Shown in pieces: positions 1-11,000 of a stretch of DNA of 64,000 nucleotides. Made by a program: the position numbers and the translations under genes. The stretch is from Macrostomum lignano (taxonomy: Eukaryota), in contig NIVC01002089.1 in assembly GCA_002269645.1 (NCBI GenBank), positions 141,577 through 205,576 on the forward strand. The letters run 5' to 3'. The notes under the pieces are model-generated. The model made no database searches, was not told the origin of the DNA, and saw nothing but the letters and a program-made list of their open reading frames with translations. Position 1 is the stretch's first letter. Every line of letters starts with the position of its first letter.

Positions 1-135
1 TTAACTTTATATGGACCTACAAACTAAAATACACTAAAAGACCTAATCCCAATTCCTAAATCCCAATCCCAATCTTGAGAATTATTTTTCCTAATCCCAA
101 TCCTACCCGAAGATTTCAATCCTATCCGACCTCTA
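1..135 (-). mobile_element. Partial, heavily C>T/G>A-decayed copy of the hAT-type MITE at 7449-7847 (opposite orientation, cut by the window start)
   Basis: The reverse complement (TAGAGGTCGGATAGGATTGAAATCTTCGGGTAGGATTGGG...GTCTTTTAGTGTATT...GTCCATATAAAGTTAA) aligns by eye to 7449-7580. Confidence 0.8.
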
Positions 136-814
136 GTCTAAACAATCTTACCATAATCAGACTATTATATTTTAGAAGGGATACTTGCTGTCTTGGGATG
201 TTTTGTTTTTAGAGTGAATGTCTGTTGTTTTCTTATGAAAGCTTTATTTTGCTGTCTATTTCACTATTTGTTATTTGTAAAAAACAAGGATTCTATCCAG
301 ATGTCTCCTATTGGGGGATGAAGATTGCTAGTGCAGAGCTAAAGTTGAACATCAAACTTCTTTGACTTAAAGACTGCTAAGTTCTATATATAAGAAAGGC
401 ATGTTTATTATAGAAACTTAACAGAATATTATAGATAGTAGGCCTAGTGGTGACTATTTCAATGAGTAAAAAGATGCTAGGCCATAGCTAAGCTAAGCTG
501 CAATAATGGAACTAGTAGAAATTTGTTAAAGGGGGCATACTCTAAAAAGATATTATTTTTAGGGGAAAATTATCACATACAATTAGGGATTAAAATTCCA
601 GGATCTCAGGATCCCAAAATCCGGATCCTATCAAATCAAAATCCCAAAATCAAGTAAAATGCCTCATGCATCAAGTATAAATGTTAGGACAATTTTTTTC
701 TAGGCCCTTATTATTTTTACAAAAGTGTTGTAAAATGAATATAATTGGACCCAAAACAAGTTTATTATACTGTACTAATTTCTATTAATTATAAATTGCC
801 TTATGTTATTTAGT

Positions 815-1165
815 GCCGTTATGTAAATACCGCAACAGATGCAATGGACTGCAACAGACTACAATGGAACCACAATAGACCCCAATAGACCTCAAGAAAC
901 TGCCACAGACTTCAAGCAAATTTTTTACCTGAAAGCACTAATAAATTATAAATTCCTGCCAATGCATTAGCTTATTCATAATTCAAATAATTCAATTGCA
1001 TTTATGCAGTTAGCGCATATAATAGGATCTAGCAAAAACCTTATAGTTGATAGTCAAACCTTAACATCCAATCTAGCTATTATATCATAATCATTCAGAT
1101 TTTGGTCCATTGCAGTCTGTTGCAGTCCCATTGTGGTCCCATTGCAGTGTTTACACGGACCCTTT
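815..1165. mobile_element. Small MITE-like element with inverted subterminal repeats (ACTGCAACAGACT.CAATG / CATTGCAGTCTGTTGCAGT)
   Basis: Motifs at ~830-895 recur in reverse complement at ~1104-1162. No clear TSD found. Confidence 0.4.
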
Positions 1166-1885
1166 GTGTCGCCTTTTTAAACTTGGCATCATGGATTTAT
1201 ATATGATAATGAATTATGAAATTTATTCTAATTTAAATTTTGATATTTTATTTTCTTCTTGACTTTATTACTACTTACTACTTACTTAGTTAGGATATTT
1301 GTAAAAGTAAGGTATTTGAAAGAGCGTCTAGAGTTTTTTGAAACGGTTTTCCAGCCGATTAACGACTTAGTCTTAGTTAGTTAATGGAGTTAGTACGTGA
1401 TAGTAGTAGTAGTAAGAGAATTTGGCTCAGGCAATTAGCCTGTTTGGCCAATATATTATAGAGCTATGTATTTGGAATTTTCGAATATAGAAGTTTATAA
1501 AGACGATTTGACGACGATTTGCTGAGTTATTGTAAAAGATAAAGTATTTGAAAGCGCGCCAGAATTTTTACGGTATTTTTAGACGAAAAGTGACAATGAG
1601 TATAAATATTAATACAAAAATGAGTACAAATTACGAGGTATAGCTTTAATTGCGAGATTACTTTGGTAAGCGAGTTTGTAAAAAAAAAAAGATGTAGTAT
1701 TTTTGAAAGCGCGTGATATTTCAAAGCGTGAAAAACGAACATAAACAATACTTCGAAAGAATTTTACGTTTAACGAATAACGACGATTTAAATATAGGAA
1801 ATTAAAAAAGACAGTAAATGAATAAACAACTGAAAAGCGGATTTGTTACACTGCTGATGTATCTGATTCAGTTTGTTTAACTGTT

Positions 1886-2897
1886 TTAGCTATTCATGAC
1901 TTCATATATTTTAGCTACACCAGTGAGCTCTTTTCTGACTCTTTTTTCATTTGTAGCATATCCTATCTTGTGTATTTGATTGCTATTTAAGAGGTATTGA
2001 CAGAAGTATTTTTTCCTGATCTCTTCAGTTTGTGGACATTCGGTCAAGTAGTGTAGAATGTCAGAACCATTTCGCGCTCCACACATTTTACATGGTTCTT
2101 GAGAAAAAAAGTTGGGTGTAATCTCGCATTTCAGTTTTAGGAGGGTTGTTAAGAATTTTTTGTTTCTAAATGTACATGGAAAGAAATCTGAAAGGTCGGG
2201 CCTGCAGATTTTTTTGTAGAGATAGGCGTTTTTGTAGAATTTAATATGTTGCTGATTCTCTAGCTTTTGGCTAAGTTCTCTTTCTCTGTGTATCTTGAGG
2301 TGCTTTTTCACTAGGTATTTCTCGTTATTAAAGCTTTGGGAAAGTTTATCTTCAGTTAGTGCTTTTAGGTCTATACTTTCTAGTTTCTTTAGTACGTTCA
2401 TTTTCCATGGATTTTTTTGGCCGGTGTTTGAGTAGAAAATTTCTAGAGTCGTTTGGCAGAGTTTTTTGTGTCTAATCTTCAGCCAGTAGATGAGGTAGGT
2501 TTTAGCAATTCGTTGAGAGATTGGAGTAAGCTCAAGTTCTGATGATACCACACTGTTGCTAGCAAATTTTGGTAGATTGAGGAGATATTTGTAGAATTTC
2601 AGCTGAATATTATCAATAGCTTTTGTATCAGACATGGTAGCCAGAGGGCCCCAGAGCTCACAACCGTAAGTGATAACGGGGGTAACAAGCGCGTCAAATA
2701 GTCTGCGAATGAGTGTGATGTCTAGGGACGTATTCTTTACCCTATGGAGTAGGGAAAACATGGCTGTATATCCCTGCTTAGTTTGGTGTTCAATACATTT
2801 TTTAAAGCTGTTTTTTGGTTCAAAAATAATTCCCAGGTATTTAAATTCATTTACTTCCTCTATTTCTTGGTTGTCGTAGTATATTTTTGTAGCAATG
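1886..2897 (-). pseudogene. LINE ORF2 C-terminal part (RT thumb and CCHC-like finger)
   Basis: IEEVNEFKYLG, ITYGCELWG, IQLKFYKYLLNLP, CKMCG...HYLTECP. Confidence 0.85.
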
Positions 2898-4246
2898 GGG
2901 TTAGACAAATTCAAAACAACATCACAGTAGAGATAAAGAACCCACTATGCTCAACACTGCCTCGCTTCCTTAAAGATTTAAGAAATGCTGCTAGACATGC
3001 CTGCAGAAGATATAAAACCTTCCCTACTCCCAACAACCTCTCAAGCAAAGTACAACTCAAAAAAGCATACGAAAAAAAGCTCACTTCATGGAAATTTGAA
3101 ACAACTCTCTGTGCAGACAACATGATCAACCAAGCCTTTATTCAAAACGATACAAAACAACTTTGGAACTTATTAAAAACACCAAATCCCTCAAACAACA
3201 GAGTAACAATTGATGAAAAATTTATCATACACTTTCAAAATCTTGTAACTGAACAAGACAGCAGCATTAGACTATCATACAATCTTCACCTTGACAACCC
3301 TATTCTGGCTGATTTAGAGGATTTCAATGCCCCATTCACCAAAGAAGAAGTTATAAAACATATTAAAAAGCTCAAAACCGACAAAGCACCTGGGCACGAT
3401 AAAGTATATGTAGAAACACTCAAATACCTCGAGAACGAACTTGCTGACCTCCTATGCTCACTTTTCAACGAAGCACTCAAACAAGGAACCTTCCCAACTA
3501 GTTGGATAACAAATACACTTCATCCGATTTATAAAAACAAAGGCAGCAGTGCCGACCCCAACAATTACAGAGGAATCTGCATTCAACCAATTCTTGGCAA
3601 GCTCTTTTGCCAAATTATTAAATCCAGACTCGAAAACCTAGCATACGCAAACAATCTTATATCAAAGTACCAATACGGTTTCAAGCCCAATCACAGCACA
3701 ATCGACCAATGTTTTAATCTTTACAACATTATAAACCAATCCATCTACAACAAAGAAGAACTCTTTATTGGATTTGTTGACTATGAAAAAGCCTTCGATA
3801 GCTTAAATCAACCAACCCTTTGGCACAAAACGGATAACCAGGGTATTAAAGGTCAAATGACGGAACTTATCAAGAACATGCATAAAAATACCTGCTTCAT
3901 TCTAAAAAATGATGATGATGATGATGAAACCCAGCCAATCCCAATATCTAAAGGTGTTCTTCAAGGCAACCCTCTCTCTACCATCCTTTTTGAACTATAT
4001 ATTGACGACATTGTTGAATATCTTGAACTCTCTAGCGCTAGGCGCTCTCTTACGAGATCTGCTTTCCCACTCATCCTACTCTTTGCAGACGATCAAGCCA
4101 TTCTAGCTAAAAACAAAGACGAACTTCAAGACACATTTACGACTATGGAAAATTACTGCAAACAAAATTACTTGAAAGTAAACGCAAGCAAAACAAAGTT
4201 CATGCAGGGCAATACCAGACAAAAAAACGACACAGAAAGCATTGCT
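2891..4246 (+). pseudogene. LINE ORF2 reverse transcriptase core, inverted relative to the rest of the element
   Basis: KAPGHD, PIYKNKG..DPNNYRGI, QYGFKPNHST, FVDYEKAFDS, GVLQGNPLS, LLFADD, KVNASKTKFM on the + strand, while flanking ORF2 parts lie on the - strand. Confidence 0.9.
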
Positions 4247-4459
4247 CTCTAACTTTTCTACTTAATTTATTTATAAAAGCTGGGTTTTGTATGTCTAGAT
4301 TTGTGATTTTGTCATTCATGTTTTTCAGGTCATTTGCGAAGTTATTGATATGTTTTTCTTGTTGCAGGTTGGGTTTATGTGACTTTTTTAGGACTCTATA
4401 TCTCGTTTTCGAGTTATTGGTTGCTTGTTTAGTTTCTGTGATTTCCTCTGTGAATTAAC

Positions 4460-5290
4460 TTGATAGGGAGAGCACTATTTGGTTGTGGTCGCTAAAGTAG
4501 GTGTGGTTCTTTACTTTAAAGTCTTCGAGGTGTTGGAGTAAGCTGGTAGAGACGAAACAGAGATCTATCTATAACAGAGGAACCAGATTTTGAGAGAAAG
4601 GTGAATTCACCATTTGTGTCTGATAATGATCTACCATTGATTAGATGCAGGTTGTATGAGTCAGTAATCTGGTTAAGTAGTCTACCATTTTTGCAGGTTT
4701 TCTTGTCTTGGCTTTGTCTAGTAAGTGAGATGTTTTTTGCTCTGGTGGTATATATTGAATTTAAATCTATGTATGAGGTATTGTTTATATGAGCATTGAA
4801 GTCTCCAATAAGGAAGATGTTTTCTTCGGAGTGGTAAGCATCCAGGAGAATTGTTAACTGTTCCCAATTTTCTTCTTCATAATATTTTGAAGACAGTGGG
4901 GGTATATAGGAGTTTATTAAGGTAAAGCTTTTGTTTTTATCCTTTTTGTGTTTAAAATTTAGTGTCAAGAAGTTTTTATAATGTTTGAATGATTCTGTTT
5001 AACATTGTATTGTGTATCTAGTGACTTTTTGTAAGCTGTTAATAATCCACCAGAAGCTCTGCCAATGAATTTACAGCCTTTTTTGTTTGCAGGCTTTTGG
5101 TATGTCATGTAGTTTTCAGACAGGTTGTTGATTTTGAGTCGCTTGTTTTCATTTTTTGTGTCTATTATCCAAGTTTCTTGAAGGCAGAGAATATTATTCT
5201 TAAAAATTGATTCAGTTTCCAGTAGTTCAAGTTTGGGAATCATCACAGAGTCTTTTATTGTGTAAAGTCCATTGATATTCCAGCTGCTAA
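4460..5290 (-). pseudogene. LINE ORF2 apurinic endonuclease domain, broken by frameshifts
   Basis: Motifs SWNINGL (~5268-5288), LCLQETW, GRASGG, YIPP, IGDFNAH, SVID and YFSDH (~4485-4500) are spread over several frames. Confidence 0.8.
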
Positions 5291-5510
5291 TAGTAAATTT
5301 TTCTTTATCAATTTTTTGGATAATATTAAATTCAAGGAGTTTTGATTTGATATTGTAAGGAATTTTTTTGATCTTTTGAGCATTGTTATTTCTAATAGAA
5401 ATGAGGTACTCTCTAGTGTATTGTATCCGCTTTTCATTTGCCTGGATAATATTTTGACTATTTTGACCATTAAGTGTTGGGGTATTTAAGTCACAGTTTA
5501 CAGAGGAAGT

Positions 5511-6341
5511 TCAGTAGGTTTTAATGAAGGGAACTCCCCTCTTATAGCCAATTCGGATGTTTTTCTCACCATTTTCTTGACGAGTCTTAAGCTCTTTAAC
5601 AATCTTCTGCTTAAATGCCCGTTCCTTTTCTGTTAAGTCGTTCTCGATCCGAATACGGGAGTAGGCAGAGCCAGTTTCGCGCAGGTTTCTCAGATTACCG
5701 AAGAAGGCCGCTTTGTCGCTATCGTTGACCAGCCGAACAACAAGGGGCCTTGGTCGATTGCTGAGAGGTTGTTCGCGACCGATCCGCCTGGTGGCGACAA
5801 TTGGGACAGTTGCGGGGGACACTTTGAGCCCATCCTGCATAAAGTCCTCGAGCTTAGCGTCTTCTTGGAGTCCAAAAACTATGATGTTATTCTTCTTTAT
5901 ACCGCGCTGCCTGACTTCCTCCACGATTTCATCAAAGCTGATGTCGTAGGTGACAGTTTGCTTCCCGCTCTCAATCGACTCTAGCTCTTCTATGCGTTCT
6001 TCGAGGGCCGTCAGCTTGACTTTGAGGTCTTTAAGCAGCTCCACGCTGTTAAGTAGCGCGCGGGCATGGGTCTTGCAATCTCGGCAAGTCCATATGAGAC
6101 CATTATCGCTAGGGCCATTTGCGATGGCGGTGAAAATTGGCTTTGCTAGGCCGGAGCAGGACTGGTGGCACCAGCGGTGACAGCTTTCGCAGTGAATGCC
6201 TTCGTGCACTTCGTCGTTGCAGGCTAGGCAGCTGCCATCAACAGTCTCTCGCCTTGATTTCGCGTTCGGTGGAAGGGAGATGCCTGTTGGGGATGCTTCT
6301 TGTTCCCCAACGTTGTTCTTTCGTTTGCCTTTTTGTGACAT
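5511..6341 (-). CDS. LINE ORF1 protein: PHD finger, coiled coil, RRM/L1-ORF1-like domain (276 aa, intact)
   Basis: CLAC..EGIHCESCHRWCHQSCSGL..WTCRDC (PHD), heptad segment LKVKLTALEERIEELE, and NNIIVFGLQE...RRIGR...RPRPLVVRL...IRIENDLT typical of CR1-group ORF1. Confidence 0.85.
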   Translation of the reverse strand: MSQKGKRKNNVGEQEASPTGISLPPNAKSRRETVDGSCLACNDEVHEGIHCESCHRWCHQSCSGLAKPIFTAIANGPSDNGLIWTCRDCKTHARALLNSVELLKDLKVKLTALEERIEELESIESGKQTVTYDISFDEIVEEVRQRGIKKNNIIVFGLQEDAKLEDFMQDGLKVSPATVPIVATRRIGREQPLSNRPRPLVVRLVNDSDKAAFFGNLRNLRETGSAYSRIRIENDLTEKERAFKQKIVKELKTRQENGEKNIRIGYKRGVPFIKTY

Positions 6342-7448
6342 TATACGATTATAATTAAGTAGTAGTGAGTAGTGAGTAGTAGTGATAAATATAATAGTTT
6401 TAAATTAAAAACTTAAACTTTTGACAAAAGGTCAAACAAATTGTATACGTATACAAGATAAATAATATACATGGTAAGGTTTTTAGAACTTATAGTTCAA
6501 TTTTTTCATAACTTTATAAATTAGAGTATTATAATTTCAGAAAAAATGTCCAAATAACGTAATTCGTCTAGCACCGTGGTAATTGAATGTACCACGCGTT
6601 TTTTGCCTCTGCTTTTTGTGTAATTTGGCTACAATTGACGTAATGACTATTTTTAGCTAGTGTTTTATTCAATCCGAACTTTGATACTTTACTTGTATTG
6701 TGGGTAAAGGCTACAGACGCTTCAGTTGTATTTTAGTTTTTTATATATTTATTTTATAATTTAAAATCGATATTTAGATTTTAGTTAGGCTAGGTTTAGT
6801 TTAACCAGGACCTACCTAACCTAACCTAAATGCTTGCTGACTAGGCCTACTCTACTGTATTAGGCGGCTTAAGCCCTAGCAGCCTACTATTAATTAAAAC
6901 TTTACATTTGACCTAGGTATGAAATGTGCTGTAGGCCTATCTACCCCAAAGAAAGGTAGGCCTAGGCCATAGGCCATATAGGCCTTAATGAGTTATAATT
7001 ATAATTATAATATGCTACTAAGTTAGGCCTATGATTGCCTATCTCACAAAGCAATCAAAAATCAAAGTGGCGATCCTTTGGTTTCCCACTCTAAATTATT
7101 TAAACCCCAGACCAATGGGCGGCCTATAACATGTTGGCCAACCATCTGATGGTTAACCATTCACCAAGCTTTCCCCCATTAGCACTTCGGCAATATCCTC
7201 TACTGGATAACATACTACTACTCTATGATGTAGAACTCTGTGAACTCTTGCAAGAACTCTGTGAGCTTGTCAGACTCTGAAAGTTCAAAAAAGGGTTTAA
7301 ATAATTTAGAGCAAGAAACCAAAGGATAGCAAACAAATAATAAATAATCTAAATTATAATTTGTTTCTATTATTGATTTTTGCATGCTAAATGAGACTTT
7401 TTAAGCAATCTGAGACTGAATAGCAAAAATGAATTATAAGGCCCCTAC

Positions 7449-7847
7449 TAGAGGTTGGACGGGATTGAAATCTTCGGGCGGGATCGGGATCGGGAATAAT
7501 TTTTTTCTCGGGATCGGGATCGGGATTGGGATTCGGGAATCGGGATCAGGTCTTTTAGTGTATTGTCCATGTAAAGTTAAACAAAATTGAGAAAAGATTG
7601 TCAAGATCAAGAAGTAAAACACAATGAAATCTATATGAAGTTTTGTAACCAACAAAGTAAATAATGTAACGAGTATAAGTTAAAGCAAAATACCTTCAAG
7701 TAATCATTAATTCTATAAATTATTAATTGAAAGACCTGTTCCCAAATCTCGAGTTTTTTAGGGTCGGGATTCTGGTCCCGCGGGAATTCAATTTTCCTCG
7801 GGATCCCGAGATTTCGGGATCAGGATCGGGATCCCGTCCGACCTCTA
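7449..7847 (+). mobile_element. hAT-superfamily non-autonomous MITE (399 bp), intact and CpG-rich
   Basis: TIRs TAGAGGTTGGACGGGAT / ATCCCGTCCGACCTCTA, perfect 8-bp TSD GCCCCTAC at 7441-7448 and 7848-7855, and subterminal GGGATC repeats. An 8-bp TSD is characteristic of hAT. Confidence 0.85.
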
Positions 7848-8154
7848 GCCCCTACCCTAGTCCTAGCCTAGCTGGGCAGCCCCAACCTTCGTTGCACTTC
7901 AGTCTAGCATTTTAGGCATTCTTAGCAAGCAAAGTGAGATTTTTAAAGCTTTTTTTTATTTTTTTCAAGAAGCATTTTATAAAAAGGCATTTAGTGGTTT
8001 AAAGGAATATATATAATATAAGCCTAGTGATGTACGTGTCCCACGGCTCTTATTTATTCTTAAGTCTTAAGCCTTACTTGCTACCACCAAGCTGTTGCAG
8101 GGGTTATTCCTTCTTGCTTCTTGTTAATATTGCTGGTTATTACTTGCCTTTTAC

Positions 8155-8285
8155 TAGTAGCGTATGTACTTCTATTGGTAGCGTCTGTACTTCTATTGGT
8201 AGCATATGTACTTCTATTGGTAGCGTCTGTACTTCTATTGGTAGCGTATGTACTTTTACTGGTAGTGTCTGTACTTCTATTGTAC
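8155..8285. repeat. 21-bp tandem repeat (GGTAGCGTCTGTACTTCTATT, ~6 copies), possibly within a retroelement relic
   Basis: Directly visible. It explains the repetitive ORFs 8027-8521 and 8081-8314. Confidence 0.8.
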
Positions 8286-9516
8286 TTTCTGGCCTGAGCG
8301 GTCTTTTTAGGCACTGTCTATCCTATTCCTATACTCCTCTAAAGATATTATTCTTAGTCCTGGATGTTCCCAGGATCAGAGGGTCACAGCTTATTTGCTG
8401 GGTATCCTGCCCTGAGGCGGGTTTCTCAGACTCTGAGTCTGGGCTTCTCTACCATGTGGTAGGATCTCTGCCTCCTAAAGGCGATTTCTCAGATCCTAGA
8501 TCTGGTTGTCTCGTTCTCTGAGAATGGGTTGAACTCTCCCAATCTTGGGGCTTCTGATGCTTTCTAAAATAACTAAGTCAGTAAGTATCGAGCAATATAC
8601 TAGAATAGTTTTAAGCTTGAAGCCAGCGAGGCACAAGTTGCACAATTTGCTCTCCTTCTTATTCGGCTCGTGTATTTATACTACTCTCAATTTGGTCTTT
8701 TAAACAAATAAAATTTCATAATATTTAAAATATTTACAATATTACTAATATTATACATATTAAAACAAAATAGTCTAGTTTCAAATATACTACTTTCTAG
8801 GAAACAAACAATGCTAAAATAAGGCCTACCTCATATGCCAATAGTTAAAAATAATCTATTTTGAAGAGTACTACAAATATACTACAAAAAATGCTAGGCT
8901 ATACTCATAGAACTAAAATTGTTAAATAGAAAAATTTAAGTGTTCAAATAAAAAGTTGCATAAGCCTATTGATAATTATAGGTTAGGCCTACATTGAACA
9001 TTACAATAAGGTTATATTGAGCTATTGAAACTCAGATTTTACCTATTGAATTCTAATCACTAGAACTTTTTTGTATGCATTTTTAAATCTAAAGTCATAC
9101 TTAAACAAAAGCTTATTATTAGGCCTAGGTGGCTAGGCCTAGCCATTAAATTAAGATAAAAGTAAACAAAAAAAGAGTGAATTCATATCATGTTAGGATT
9201 TGAAACAAGCATTGATCTCATCAGCAGCTACAATGCTATAGGCCTATAGAATGATATAAAGTCTGTTCTATCTAAAGCAGTGCCTGGCAAACTTTTGGCC
9301 TTTAGTCTCTGCTTATCTTCTCTATCACTAAAGTCCATTGAAATTTCTTTGTTCTATTCTTTTTCTATCCCACATTCTTTTTTCTGTTTCTTTTCAGACC
9401 TCTTTTCTATCTTCTCTTTTTGTTCTCTTTTCTTTTTTATCTCATCTATCATATATCATATAATATATCATATATAAAAAAGAGAGAAAAAAGAGAGAGC
9501 AAGAAAAAAGATTGAA

Positions 9517-9520
<4 letters not shown>

Positions 9521-9595
<75 letters not shown>
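9521..9595. repeat. (AG)n microsatellite
   Basis: Perfect dinucleotide run. Confidence 0.95.
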
Positions 9596-10559
9596 AAGAA
9601 AGAGACAGAAAGAGAAGAAGAAAGAGAGGAAAAGTTTGTAACTTGTAAACTTAAAGAAAAAAGAAAACTATAAACTATATTGGTAATAGTAGCAATGAGA
9701 TAATAGTAAACTAATTGCATAAAAATAAAACACTTATAACATGGCTCAATGAGCTATAATGAGCATTATAGATGAACTATGAAAACTTTGCACTGCAAAA
9801 TAAAAAGAAAACTTTCAAAACAAAAGAAAAAACTAATTTGATAATAGCACACAGTGAGAACTACATGAGAAAAGGAAGTACTGATTAAATGATGCCATGA
9901 GCCAATATCTAAATAATCTTTAATTATTATTTTAATCTATAGGATCCTTTTGTATAGTTATTTCTTACAATAGGATTAGCCTATAGTCCTAATTGGTAAT
10001 TAACCAAGGTAGTACAGTGATGTGACAATAGATTAAGAGAATTGGCAGCGAAGGATAGGTAAGGATGCTGCTGGGGTTAAGGACAGAATATTAATAATAA
10101 AAGTAAGAGTAACAGGTGGATCTTGCATGTAGAAAAGATCATTTTGAAAAGTAATGCAGGCATGGCAATTGCAATAGATAGACATAAAGAGCAAGAGGAT
10201 TCATGGAAGAAGGAAGAAGATCCAACATCTATAAAGTAGGTCTAGCCCTATAGATTTTAGACAACCTTCAATAAAGGGAAAATAAGCAGTGTGTGGGTAT
10301 TGTTTTGTCATTGTTTTACTTCATTCCTCCTTCTTAGTTGCTTGTAGGTACCAACCAAAGCATGCCCAATAGCTACATCTGTCATTTGGGTACTTGACAT
10401 TTGGGTCCTTTGGTACCTGGTATTCAGGCATGCACTTGCTGGTGCTAGTAGATAGGCTGGCCTAGTAGATAACCATTGTATATGCTTAGCATCTCTTTGG
10501 ACTAGATCTAGTATCTAGTAGAAATTCAGGGCTTTTTGCCTTGCTTTGAGATGCCTTAA

Positions 10560-11000
10560 TATATTATACCACTCAAGAATTCCACCCATAGACACCCAGG
10601 AATTCTACCCATAGATGTCTCAACTGAGTTGTTGGTCCTGATATAGTGCTTAAAGACAGATATCATCTTGGCCCTAGATCGGGTTCTAGAGCCAGTTGAT
10701 ATAATCTGCAAGGTCTAAGAGGGCTTGGTTGTTATCTACAGCGGCTATGCATACATTAAGGCCTAGCATGATATGAGAAAGAAGGCATAAAATAGAAAGA
10801 ATAATTTGCACTACATTCCTAAATTCAGCAGCAGTGCAATACTAAATCTATTCCTAGTGTCTAGACACATTGGAAAATTGCTTGGCAATAATGAAAAAAG
10901 TAGCCTTTAACTGTGGCACCTGGAAATATAATTCAAATTGCCTTCCATATAGCTGCTTCAAAATCACAAAGAAATTCAACAGGTGTTACCAACTACCTCC
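10560..11000 (-). pseudogene. Decayed Mutator-like (MULE) DDE transposase relic
   Basis: Minus strand 10980-10861 reads VEFLCDFEAAIWKAI*IIFPGATVKGYFFHYCQAIFQCV*, matching the MULE motif DFE.A...A....FP....GC.FH..QA. IRTNNSVE at ~10620-10642 matches RTNN..E. Confidence 0.7.

Larger units (their letters stand above)
1270..6700 (-). mobile_element. Non-LTR retrotransposon of the CR1 group (CR1/L2/Daphne-like), near full length, frameshifted, with an internal inversion. Ends approximate.
   Basis: ORF1 (PHD + coiled coil + RRM-like), APE endonuclease motifs, RT motifs and a C-terminal CxxC..H..C are in the expected order once 2891-4246 is flipped. Confidence 0.88.

Noticed and set aside
2783-2890. 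N-terminus of the 489-aa + strand ORF as a genuine RT start
   Set aside because: It is antisense read-through across the left inversion junction. RT-related sequence begins only at ~2891.
8300-8700. LTR/DIRS element remnant with a TATA-like motif on the minus strand
   Set aside because: No paired terminal repeat, PBS or protein motif was found. Too degraded to call.
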